Below, one piece after another: positions 37,901 to 45,060 of a DNA stretch of 64,000 nucleotides (the first letter of the stretch is position 1; every line of letters begins with the position of its first letter). The position numbers and the translations under genes were made by a program. This stretch comes from Podarcis cretensis (taxonomy: Eukaryota). The notes under the pieces are model-generated. The model was not told the DNA's origin and made no database searches. It saw only the letters and a program-made list of their open reading frames with translations. Location: NCBI GenBank assembly GCA_951804945.1, contig OX638152.1, positions 53,258,001 through 53,322,000 of the forward strand, in the 5' to 3' direction.

Positions 37901-38611
37901 CATGCATGTGATGAACCAGGCACTACTAGACCATCCCATGATAAATGTGCTGAGTCTTTAAGGTGCCAAAAAACTCTGTTGCCTTTAATGAATCTGCAAT
38001 AAGAACTTGCAACAAGGGAACCACTTGAACTGCGTAAATGGAGAAAAAACTATGTTTGAAATAACTAATCCCCTACAAGTATGCAGATTGCTGCTCTTTT
38101 CTTTCAAAAAGGGCTATTCTGATGGACAAGAGTTGCGGGGGGAGGCGATCTCCGCGAGCTGCATCTTCTTCGACGGAGCGGTTAAAGTTACCGGTAATTA
38201 CTGAGCATCCAATTTTGGTGGAAAACTGAGCAATGCAACTCACTGGGGTGGCGAAGCAGTACTCGGCTATATAAATCAGCAGCAAAGGGGGGGAAATCCG
38301 GGGGGGCGGTGGTGGTGGGGGAAGGGTAGGCTACGCTATTGCCCAAGGATAGCTGCTTGGCCCTTGCCCAGTCACGGATTCGCAGTGCTTTAACCCCCAG
38401 GGGTCCGGGAGAAGCGTTTAGGTAAAGGAGTGGCGAACACGTGGGGAAAGCAGCCCTCACCCTTCATGGCGGCGCTGGGGTCGCGCAACGTGGACTTGAA
38501 CTGGGTCCCGGTGAGCTCCGCTGCCTCGTTACCGCGGCCCCGCTTAGGCGGCGGCGGCTTCTCCTTCTCCTGCCGCTTGGCCGAAGCCGGGCTTTTGCGT
38601 TTGGCGCCCAT
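2276..38611 (-). CDS. URB1: URB1 (nucleolar pre-ribosomal-associated protein 1, Npa1 homolog), spliced coding exons 1-30; 3' part runs off the left end of the window
   Basis: 30 exons joined by GT-AG introns with consistent phase and no stops. Peptides such as YDVVEGYIKVSVEC, HGINFYDPSLGT, FKHPTLENWFLA, WGPAAVEHHKTCKSLGRSLWQQPS and LYDPCFLL match my recollection of vertebrate URB1. Head-to-head with EVA1C as in mammals. Confidence 0.96.
3203..3374 (-). CDS. URB1: URB1 exon 29 (ILIWGPAAVEHHKTCKSLGRSLWQQPS...LLSTE)
   Basis: ttccag| and |gtgcct, 172 nt. Confidence 0.95.
4188..4251 (-). CDS. URB1: URB1 exon 28 (QKILQLLKLYEKNGLSLVNFR)
   Basis: ttttag| and |gttagt, 64 nt. Confidence 0.94.
4275..4317. 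repeat. (GATA)n microsatellite just upstream of the URB1 exon 28 acceptor
   Basis: Read directly. Confidence 0.95.
4980..5090 (-). CDS. URB1: URB1 exon 27 (VLVDILLTLVKLCPAVCESNHFAVLLGAYGATLSTT)
   Basis: ctttag| and |gtaagt, 111 nt. Confidence 0.95.
6449..6642 (-). CDS. URB1: URB1 exon 26 (YRYKDQGFLKTL...LYMMITQHSLFLSTML...HER)
   Basis: atgtag| and |gtatca, 194 nt. Confidence 0.94.
6913..6971 (-). CDS. URB1: URB1 exon 25 (NSVTEVTPEDWHSFVKMGLK)
   Basis: acctag| and |gtaagc, 59 nt; bridges phase 0 to 2; too short for the ORF track. Confidence 0.92.
7069..7283. mobile_element. Tc1/mariner (Tigger/pogo-like) MITE
   Basis: TIR CAGTGGTACCTCGGGTTA / TAACCCGAGGTACCATTG; TA on right side, TG on left. 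Confidence 0.85.
7560..7995 (-). mobile_element. Decayed L2 LINE ORF2 fragment
   Basis: Minus-strand peptide RLDYCNMLCIGPPLK resembles the L2 SRLDYCN.L..GLP motif. Confidence 0.65.
8189..8372 (-). CDS. URB1: URB1 exon 24 (WVIADAVSRALK...CMKWLILTYS...LEKVL)
   Basis: ctctag| and |gtgaga, 184 nt. Confidence 0.93.
9611..9809 (-). CDS. URB1: URB1 exon 23 (SSAVTSILRETLWPQLL...AGNHE)
   Basis: ctacag| and |gtaagt, 199 nt. Confidence 0.92.
10363..11218 (-). CDS. URB1: URB1 exon 22, large exon (ILGEVLPLVFKHPTLENWFLA...LSHLSE)
   Basis: ttgcag| and |gtaacc, 856 nt; accounts for the 294-aa ORF 10340-11224. Confidence 0.96.
12011..12190 (-). CDS. URB1: URB1 exon 21 (FGKNLGLSLLTLFVDLL...ESDLFVDAE...GNDK)
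   Basis: taacag| and |gtaata, 180 nt. Confidence 0.93.
12615..12833 (-). CDS. URB1: URB1 exon 20 (QGRSEYVDDCLLPNSSFSSLLKNAY...TVENFNS)
   Basis: ttccag| and |gtaaga, 219 nt. Confidence 0.9.
13227..13362. mobile_element. hAT-type MITE with 8-bp TSD ATGTTAAC
   Basis: TIR CAGGCATCCCCAACCT / AGGTTGGGGATGCCTG; TSD at 13219-13226 and 13363-13370. Confidence 0.92.
13633..13817 (-). CDS. URB1: URB1 exon 19 (ESIVEYLITVFTDLLHSQRDPLAL...WIPEQAKETV)
   Basis: ctttag| and |gtaagc, 185 nt. Confidence 0.93.
14106..14279 (-). CDS. URB1: URB1 exon 18 (VLDMIDVIVEGNEGL...FPFSAVVPAALEARNKLL...NAR)
   Basis: aactag| and |gtattt, 174 nt. Confidence 0.94.
14682..15043 (-). mobile_element. Sauria/Squam1-type SINE, full length, 12-bp TSD GGCTTTATTCAG
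   Basis: tRNA-like head (ggtggcgctgtgg, B-box ggttcgaatcc), (ACCTTT)n tail, CpGs retained; TSD at 14670-14681 and 15044-15055. Confidence 0.92.
15729..15867 (-). CDS. URB1: URB1 exon 17 (ILVKLVTNPYPYTDKAADLVQEAS...IPISHID)
   Basis: ttgcag| and |gtatgt, 139 nt. Confidence 0.95.
16928..17044 (-). CDS. URB1: URB1 exon 16 (VLHDSGVFEYTWKELELWLEHL...IQFLER)
   Basis: taacag| and |gtaata, 117 nt. Confidence 0.95.
17670..17800. other. Assembly gap (N run) in URB1 intron 15
   Basis: Ns. Confidence 1.
19036..19173. mobile_element. hAT-type MITE with 8-bp TSD TTCTAAAG
   Basis: TIR CAGGCTTCCTCA / TGAGGAAACCTG; TSD at 19028-19035 and 19174-19181. Confidence 0.92.
19253..19366 (-). CDS. URB1: URB1 exon 15 (DEAEKVSGERSVFYLLMKMFVTSNH...LIIK)
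   Basis: tcctag| and |gtgagc, 114 nt. Confidence 0.94.
21652..21866. other. Assembly gap (N run) in URB1 intron 14
   Basis: Ns. Confidence 1.
21867..22196 (+). mobile_element. Sauria/Squam1-type SINE (5' end abuts assembly gap)
   Basis: ggtggcgctgtgggttaaacc...ggttcgaatcccc...ccctttacctttacc; homologous to 14682-15043. Confidence 0.9.
22515..22627 (-). CDS. URB1: URB1 exon 14 (IITEKGLRQEIPPVLQYHIIKVALELPANKFSWFKMQ)
   Basis: ccacag| and |gtcgga, 113 nt. Confidence 0.93.
22942..23064 (-). CDS. URB1: URB1 exon 13 (SDDAETTLLKAVLLHVICLYQQAVP...FSKLIK)
   Basis: ctctag| (or alternative cag| giving start 23058) and |gtaatt; 123 or 117 nt. Confidence 0.9.
23846..23990 (-). CDS. URB1: URB1 exon 12 (LLPDMTTIVAVWQSLLKQEKG...TNGEH)
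   Basis: atctag| and |gtagga, 145 nt, ends in phase 1. Confidence 0.9.
25135..25308 (-). CDS. URB1: URB1 exon 11 (IANKTVKHTIFSLISTVLKRALK...YREALGK)
   Basis: ttttag| and |gtaaaa, 174 nt. Confidence 0.94.
25860..25915. repeat. Compound (TAG)n(TAA)n microsatellite at the L2 tail
   Basis: Read directly. Confidence 0.95.
25916..26214 (-). mobile_element. L2-clade LINE 3' fragment
   Basis: ttataccccgccc...ggcggcttccaaca...gagggcgccactaccgagaaggccct, typical of a squamate L2 3' end; related copy at 61600-61850. Confidence 0.7.
27201..27338 (-). CDS. URB1: URB1 exon 10 (IYEAQPEISTAFKTTEFVPFPRLL...FTQGLN)
   Basis: tttcag| and |gtaaga, 138 nt. Confidence 0.95.
29214..29409 (-). CDS. URB1: URB1 exon 9 (GGNLVLLRFLVNLKTAAEDEMVADL...NMKLLRK)
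   Basis: tactag| and |gtaaga, 196 nt; overlaps ORF 29199-29399. Confidence 0.95.
30709..30839 (-). CDS. URB1: URB1 exon 8 (ATQDPEEAGKILVRKLVHNFLLDLCCSLKHGINFYDPSLGTSG)
   Basis: acgcag| and |gtaaag, 131 nt; alternative in-frame AG 9 nt inside. Confidence 0.92.
30885..31075 (+). mobile_element. tRNA-derived SINE (Squam3-like)
   Basis: ccatagctcagtggcagagca A-box head...aaggtccca...cctggcat; related pieces at 20440-20580 (-) and 22843-22880. Confidence 0.6.
31560..31685 (-). CDS. URB1: URB1 exon 7 (VVHNRNLSKTQKVRFFT...LYRWNGITDVSTEDVV)
   Basis: ttctag| and |gtacag, 126 nt. Confidence 0.93.
32403..32488 (-). CDS. URB1: URB1 exon 6 (FIPDIFRTGLKEDRISTVSLLLSTLATK)
   Basis: ttatag| and |gtatga, 86 nt. 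Confidence 0.95.
33124..33220 (-). CDS. URB1: URB1 exon 5 (GKPDVRMAYIQYAVSFLIAGD...LELK)
   Basis: atttag| and |gtatat, 97 nt. Confidence 0.95.
33667..33912. mobile_element. Tc1/mariner (Tigger/pogo-like) MITE with TA TSD
   Basis: ta-CAGTCGTACCTTGGAAG ... CTTCCAAGGTACCACTG-ta. Confidence 0.88.
34537..34669 (-). CDS. URB1: URB1 exon 4 (LSRQCLILLSAMVSQGPDAARDVYSHFDF...RRDYK)
   Basis: atgcag| and |gtaaga, 133 nt. Confidence 0.95.
36200..36351 (-). CDS. URB1: URB1 exon 3 (MLLIFQALESILLRTASDLSHF...YSESHR)
   Basis: ttgcag| and |gtaagt, 152 nt. Confidence 0.95.
36998..37137 (-). CDS. URB1: URB1 exon 2 (LETFISRAKSLP...YDVVEGYIKVSVECAEILKLLDGERRPESE)
   Basis: ttccag| acceptor, |gtcagt donor, 140 nt, open frame. 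Confidence 0.95.
37850..37990 (+). mobile_element. Penelope-like element terminal relic
   Basis: ataaat...agtctttaaggtgcca...actct resembles sauropsid Penelope termini as I recall them. Confidence 0.5.
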
Positions 38612-39060
38612 GACCAGGAGCAACTGCGACCAGAGATGGAAGCCCGGCTTTGCCTCGCTGCTCTCCGCGGCAGCCGGAAGCGGTCCGGCCGCTGTTCTTT
38701 CCCCGGGAAACGGGCAAGCGAGATGAAGGTTCCGCTTTAGGCCGCTTGTGGAACTTCAGAGGAAGCCTCTGAAAGGAGTCCTTCGCAGTCCAGGGACCAA
38801 GAGGCCGAAGCCGACAGCGGCCCCGTCTGCTTCTTCAGATGCAGCCGCCATCCCAGCTCCCTCTTTGTCCTTCTACTTGTGTCGTCCCCGCCCGACGTCT
38901 TCGGACTCCAGCGGCTGCAAGGGGTGGCGGGTGCAATGGATCTGCCTCGGGAGAAGCGCAGCAGGTTCCCCTGTCGTGCCACAGAGGCTTTTCCGCTGGT
39001 TGCTGCCATATGAAGTGAGCGGTGCACGAGGGCGCGCACGCTCTAGGGGGCCCACCGAAC
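38130..39060. promoter_or_regulatory. CpG island / URB1 promoter with ETS site (CCGGAAGC 38674-38681) and E-box (CACGTG 38438-38443)
   Basis: High GC and CpG density around URB1 exon 1 against a CpG-poor background; motifs read directly. Confidence 0.8.
38461..38611 (-). CDS. URB1: URB1 coding exon 1 (MGAKRKSPASAKRQ...PSAAMKG), basic NLS-like N-terminus
   Basis: ATG at 38611-38609 in a CpG island; donor AAG G|GTGAGG; 151 nt, phase 1. Confidence 0.92.
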
Positions 39061-39845
39061 CTAGAAATCTTAAATTAGGATGCCCAAAAAAATCCATTTT
39101 GCACACTAAGTTAGAATAGCATTGGTTTGTTTTTGTTTTTTCTCTGACAAGTGTTTCTCCTTCCGTAGCTTATCCGCTGTTACGATCGAAAGAGATTCAT
39201 AGCGGGGACTTCTTGGAGGCTAGTGGTGTCAGCGTGAATGGCTTATGCCATCGGACTTTCTGCTACTTTTGAATTCGTTTGACTTCAACTCTGGTCTTCA
39301 GTGATACGCTTTCCTGCACCGGTGCCTGTTTTTTCTCTGCCTGGCAACCGTAGTTGTTTATACAGTATTTTAAGAACACAGTGGTAACTTGGGTCTCACC
39401 TCCTGCTGCTGTGTGCTTTTCGTTTATCATGGTTTCTCAAATGTTTGCCTAAACTCTCCAAAGTGGAGCTTTATATGTTTCTAGAAGCATTAGACTGCCA
39501 CATATAAATGCTGCTGTTAGCAGAGTGAGGTGGCAAATGGGTTTTCTTCACCCTTATGTGTGCTCTCTCCTGCCCACATTTGTTTTCCTTGTTGTCTGGG
39601 CACATGGTTCTGCATTTAGTATTACATCACTGGTAGTATTTTGTTATTTTTATCTTGCTGCAATATGTCTGATAAAATAAAAAACTTCCATGCTAGCGGA
39701 AATGTGAAAAAGAAAGCTAAACTACAACTCACATCATCCCTGGCCATTGGCCATGCTTACTGGGGCTAATGGGAGTTGAAGTTCACCATCATCTGGACAG
39801 CCAAAGGCTCCCCAACCCTAGCAGAGTGAAATGAATTTGCTAGCA

Positions 39846-40104
39846 GAAGATGTGATGGCCACCAGTTAGGACATCTTTAAAAGAAGGCTGACAGATTTGT
39901 GGAAGATAAGGCTATCAATGACTGCTAGGCATGAAGGTTATATACTTCTTTCAGAATTGGAGGCAGTATGTCTCTGAATACCAGTTGCTGAGAAATAGCA
40001 GCAGGAGAGTGCTATTGCCTTTATACCCTGGTTGTGGACTTCTCATAAGCATCTGGTTGGCTGCTGTGAGGAACAAGATGCTGGCTAGATAGGTCTTTGT
40101 TCTG
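39846..40104 (+). mobile_element. CR1-type LINE 3' fragment
   Basis: gatgtgatggcc...tttaaaaga...ggaagataaggctatcaatg...gatgctggctagat...tctgatccag; related pieces at 2575-2770 (-), 27600-27750, 62520-62750. Confidence 0.6.
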
Positions 40105-41857
40105 ATCCAGCTGAGCTCTTATGTTTGGCCCCTTCCAGGAGTATACATAGTCAGAAGTGTCCCCACCACCGCCATTTACACAAAAAGTACCCTTACATTC
40201 CATGTTAATTGTTTCAGAATAACTAAGGTTGCAGTCATAAACACAGCTGCCATGGAGTAAGTCCCATTGAACTCAGATATGTTTCTGTTAAGACATGCTT
40301 AGGATTGCACTGCACAGCCCTAAGCAGCACTCTTCCACTTCCGCACTAATTCTGAACTGTTTATTGGCTTAAAATGTTTCCTTGAGATTTATTACAATTG
40401 AAAAGGTCAAATTATCATGCAAGCATGATACTCAAAACACCTTTTGAACTTTTTACTGCTAAGAGAGCAGAATGTAAAATTAATCCTTGTAAATGAGAGC
40501 CACATATTTCAAGTTTCTCCCCTTCGTCATCCATTGTTGGTTATAGTTACTTACATGTATTTACTTCCTTGTGAAACATGTCTATGAACCTAGCAGTGTT
40601 TATATTTTTCCAAGTAGTATTTAAGAGGTGTGGTCTGCTAGTCTGTTTTTTGTATCCAGGGTCTAAGAGATTAGTGTATTAAATTTGATTCTGCAATCAA
40701 GTTGATATACAAAGTGAATGTAAATCTTACTCCAGCTAGAATGTATATTCAGTTGTATCGTTTACAATGCAGTGGGCATACACTTTACATGTTATTAAAA
40801 CTAAACAATTCCTCACCCCATCATTAGTTATGAGGGACTTCTTCACAAGCAATGTCATCTTGTAAACTTTTTTATTTTGTATTTTTGTTTACTTATATTG
40901 GAGTTAGGTTTATTTCCTTGCTGATTGTGCATTCCTATGCTATATGAATCCAGCATGCCTATCCCACACCACCACAACAACAGCAAGGCAATCCTGCATA
41001 AAGTCTACTTATAGGAGAGCAATAGATTGTGTTACTGGTCTTGGATAAAAATTACACAAGCATCATGCTAAGGATAATGTGCACACAAATGTTACACACA
41101 CACGTTCTAATAGTGTTTTATTAATGTGTTTTAAAAGGGAGAGAGAAAAGATTTGACACTGCATTCCCAAAACATCACTGTATGTTAACACAGTACAATC
41201 CAGTTAACAATAAGCACTTTTATTTCTATTGATTTTTGCGTACAGGTCTGCCATTGAATTCAGTAGGACTTAAAACCTTGGTTGGATCATATTCATATAA
41301 TGCAGTGAAAAAGTGAATAAAATAATAACCTCCAGGAGAAATAGTGAAAATCTTTCATCAACATAGTCTTCATAAAATAAATGAGGATTATTTGTACAGC
41401 AGGGAATACAATTAAAATGTTGTAGGAAGCTACATCAGACATAAAATAAAACCTGCCAGCAGGCTAATGTATATCATATTGCTACTTCAATAAAATGAAG
41501 AAAGCATCTGGAAACCATAGGGGAAATGTTGGGCTCTAGTAACAGCAGTTGCAAACAGTTAATTTAGGACCCTTAATTATACTGAGTTAAATAAAACCAC
41601 CCTAGAGTTGAGCCAGGCCGCAGTCCTTTACAGTAGACATGCCTAGGATTGTACTATTAATTAACTTTTAGAACTAGAATGAACAATCCCCTATCCCTCA
41701 TTATTAATTCAAAGCTTTAACTAAAAGGAAATCTGTTTTTCTTCATTGAAAGATGCAAGGGCACGAAGAACAGAATCACTGCAATTTTTGAAATTTTAAT
41801 TTTATACAGTAATGTATATGAAAAATAGAATTTGTGGAACTTTTGTTAATAGTTCTG

Positions 41858-41859
<2 letters not shown>

Positions 41860-41894
<35 letters not shown>
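41860..41894. repeat. (AT)n microsatellite
   Basis: Read directly. Confidence 0.95.
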
Positions 41895-41899
<5 letters not shown>

Positions 41900-42419
41900 A
41901 GTTGTCTTGGAATGCTTTGTTTATTCCTATTTCCATAGAAACGGAGACTGAGTCTGCAAACATGGGGTGCCTTGTTTTAAATAACCACCATATAGTGATT
42001 ATTTTAAACTACTTGCTTTGTTTCAACTAGCCATGACATTCATTTCCATAGAAACAGAGCCAGAAATGGCAGCTGAGTCGTTAAAACTTTTGGGGGGAAG
42101 ATTTACTTGGTGTCAAAGTGCAGGGAATGAAGTACTTTAAAATGGTCTCACTGGTGAGAAACTTCTGTAATTGGATTCAGACAAACAGAAATTTATCCGG
42201 CAAAGGAAGAGACTGAGATGTTTAAGAGAGTTGAAGGCATATCAGCAATCTTAAAAAAGTAGTGATAGACCTCCATAACTTAAAGTGCTATTGCAGTCAT
42301 AGTGAGCCTGGGTGTAAATTTATCTATAATCTACATTTTCAGGTTCCTCATGTTTTTCTGACTGTTGCCTTAGAAAGAAAAAACCAGACAGTATCAATTT
42401 AATTTGTGTTAATATTGAT

Positions 42420-42531
42420 CAAGCAAAGGTTGGATGGTCATCTGTCATGGATGTTTTAGTTTAGATTCCCGCATTGCCGAGGGTTGGACTAGATGACCCT
42501 TGAAGTCCCGTCCAAGTCTATGATTCTATGA
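42420..42531 (+). mobile_element. CR1 LINE 3' end
   Basis: ggttggactagatgaccctt..gtccc.tccaa..ctatgattctatga (ATTCTRTG terminal repeat); similar stubs at 37465-37525 (-) and 46560-46600. Confidence 0.8.
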
Positions 42532-42577
42532 AAATGTGACATGAGTTTTAAGTTGGAAGAGAGAAAGGGATTGAGAA

Positions 42578-42775
42578 AGAGCCAGTGTAGTATAGAAGGT
42601 AGACTAGAAGCTGGGAGACCCAGGTTCAAATCTCTACCTAGACCTCACTACATGACTTAGTCATTGTCTCTAAGCCTACCTGGCAGGGTTGTTGTGAGGA
42701 TAAAATGGGAAGTATTGTGTACACCACCTTGAGCTCCTTGATGAAAGGTGGAATATAAATGTAATAAAGAATAAA
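42578..42775 (+). mobile_element. MIR/CORE-type SINE
   Basis: ctgggagacccaggttcaaatc B-box; cagggttgttgtgaggataaaatggg CORE-like segment; A/T-rich tail. Confidence 0.65.
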
Positions 42776-44390
42776 ACATAGACATAATATGAAACTGCTA
42801 TTCTGATTATGTTTTTATTAACATTTATAGACTGCCCTAAGAGTTCTTAGGGTGGCCTACATCAACAGCACAATATAAAATTCAGTAGGAAGGAAAATTT
42901 AAAACTGCATAAAAACTTAGTTGCAGAATTTAAAAACCGCTTTAAGACTTAATAAGAGACAAGGGAAATGAAAAACATTGTGTTTGCCTGGCATGATTGC
43001 ATGCAGAGCTATCATTCAGGGTTCTTGGTAGCAAAGAGGCCTATGTGTGTGTAGCCTTTCTGGTGTAGATGTTCATGCTCAATGCATGGACATCAGAGGT
43101 TACTGTTGACATCTGTCTGTCTCAGGAGACAATGGAGGAGTGTGCTTTGGGGGTGAAGTCAAATCGTTGGGGAGTTACAGCACCAGTTGTGGCTGTAGAA
43201 ACCTCTGTGGGAGAGACGTGAAGGGACTAAAGTAAAAATATACACTGGTACCATTATAAATACACACCAACTATTACCAAATAGTAACACAAAGCATTTA
43301 GAGGCTATATTGAGAGGTGCTGAATAATTGCAGAAGACTATACTACTTGTCCAATACTAACTGCAACTATTAAGAATAAGTTGTACAAACTATTAAGAAT
43401 AGTTGTACAAACTTGCAGTACTTTATTAAATGTTGGTAAACTGTGCAAATGTATCTTCAGCATCACTTGCATCAGCAGTCTCCAACGTCATCACGGCCAT
43501 TGCCACTGGTGAAGGATCATTACATGTTACAATATACATACCTGAAGTGTGTTAATTCTTACACAGAAATGTTTTCATGATAGGAATTTAAGTTTCATTT
43601 CAAAGCCAGGAGTATAGGGTTTTGTTTTGTTTTTTCTTGAGCAGAAATTATGGTTTGTGCTTGTATGTATCCTGGGGAAATGCAGGTACACCTTGCTTCA
43701 CACAGTATGGTTCCCCCCCCCTACAGTCCTCATCACCCTATTGGAAAAACTCTACACCACCAACTGTGAAGTGTTGTGCCAATGTTTTTATTTCACCATG
43801 AGTGACAAAGCAGCACCATGTTATGAGAGTGTACATTGATACTAGGAGGCGAAATAATACGTGACTCTCCTGTGCTTTCTATCCAGCATTTGCAATGCAA
43901 TTTATAGATAACATACTAAGAAGTTTAATGGGAAAAGGATTGCAGCCCTAGTTCCATTTTCACCTGCTTGCTGGTGCACAATGCAATCCTATATATGTCT
44001 ACTGCGAAACAGGCTGCAGTGAGTTCCAAGTGGAGTTTCGCCCAGCCCTTCCTAGGAAGGCCCTTCCTAAACAAATCCGTCAAGGTAACCTACTGGGCTA
44101 TCCAGGCTGATAAAGATAAACCAGTTAAGAATAAAAGAATAAGTATAATAACATTCACACGTGCGCACCAAAACCACAACCTCCCCAGACGTTTGACGCA
44201 GAAGGCTTTACAGTAATTGGCGGCGTCTTCTGCTTGAAAGTTACCAGATCCTGGTCCTCGCTTTCAAAGCAGCAGCAGTCCTCAGAATGGCTGTGGCGTT
44301 TTCCTTTTCTTTATTCGCTGCTGTGCTAAGTGCCTTCCGTGCTAATCTTGCAAACTTTTGGGGAAAAGTTGAGGGGCGGGAATGGTAAAG

Positions 44391-44392
<2 letters not shown>

Positions 44393-44423
<31 letters not shown>
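44393..44423. repeat. (GA)15 microsatellite
   Basis: Read directly. Confidence 0.98.
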
Positions 44424-44424
<1 letters not shown>

Positions 44425-44577
44425 AGACAGGAATGAGGCTGAGAGGGAGCAGGTGATGTATACTAATCGGGACGAGGGCTGGGAGGTGCTGCGTGGTCGG
44501 CACCCAGCGACTGGCTGGCTGGCGTTGGCTTTTCGACGCCAGTGCCAGCGGCGGCTCTTCCCTTTCGCTGCCACCCC

Positions 44578-44581
<4 letters not shown>

Positions 44582-44642
<61 letters not shown>

Positions 44643-44643
44643 A
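44582..44643. repeat. Compound (CT)18(CA)13 microsatellite
   Basis: Read directly. Confidence 0.98.
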
Positions 44644-44930
44644 GCGCCTCACACGCACTTCACTTTTCCAGCCGGGGGCCAGCCAGTGCTCGCTGAGAGG
44701 GACTTCCTCTTCAGGGAAAGAAGCTGCGCGGGGACTTTTTCCCTTTCCCTGTCAGGAGCCTTGCCCTTTCCTTCGCTCGCTGAGGCGGCGTCGTCGTCCC
44801 CATTCCCAGGAAGGACAGGGACGCACACTCTTTCTTTCTTTTTCTCTGTCTGTCTCTCTTTCTCGGCTGGGGGCCGGAGCCGTCATGTGACCGGCTTGGG
44901 CTGCAGGGACCCCCCGCCTCCCTCCGCGCC

Positions 44931-45060
44931 ATGAGTGAACTGGAGGCTGCTGGGCAGCATCCAAGCCGGCGCCAGGTAGAGCTCAGGCTGCCGCTCAGCC
45001 TCCTCTCCTGCCTGCTCCTGGTCTGGACCAAAGAGATCGCGGCGCTGGCGGACTTCTCAG
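44931..45060 (+). CDS. EVA1C: EVA1C (eva-1 homolog C) coding exon 1, signal-peptide region MSELEAAGQHPSRRQVELRLPLSLLSCLLLVWTKEIAALADFS
   Basis: gccATG in a CpG island; KEIAALADFSG resembles mammalian EVA1C KEISALTDFSG; strong donor CAG|GTAAGG; phase 1. Confidence 0.9.

Noticed and set aside
2276-38611. U12-type or non-canonical introns in URB1
   Set aside because: All 29 traced introns are GT-AG, and none has the GTATCCT U12 donor.
38430-39119. Several 77-123 aa ORFs around the URB1 promoter
   Set aside because: Expected from stop-codon scarcity in a GC-rich island; no recognisable domains.
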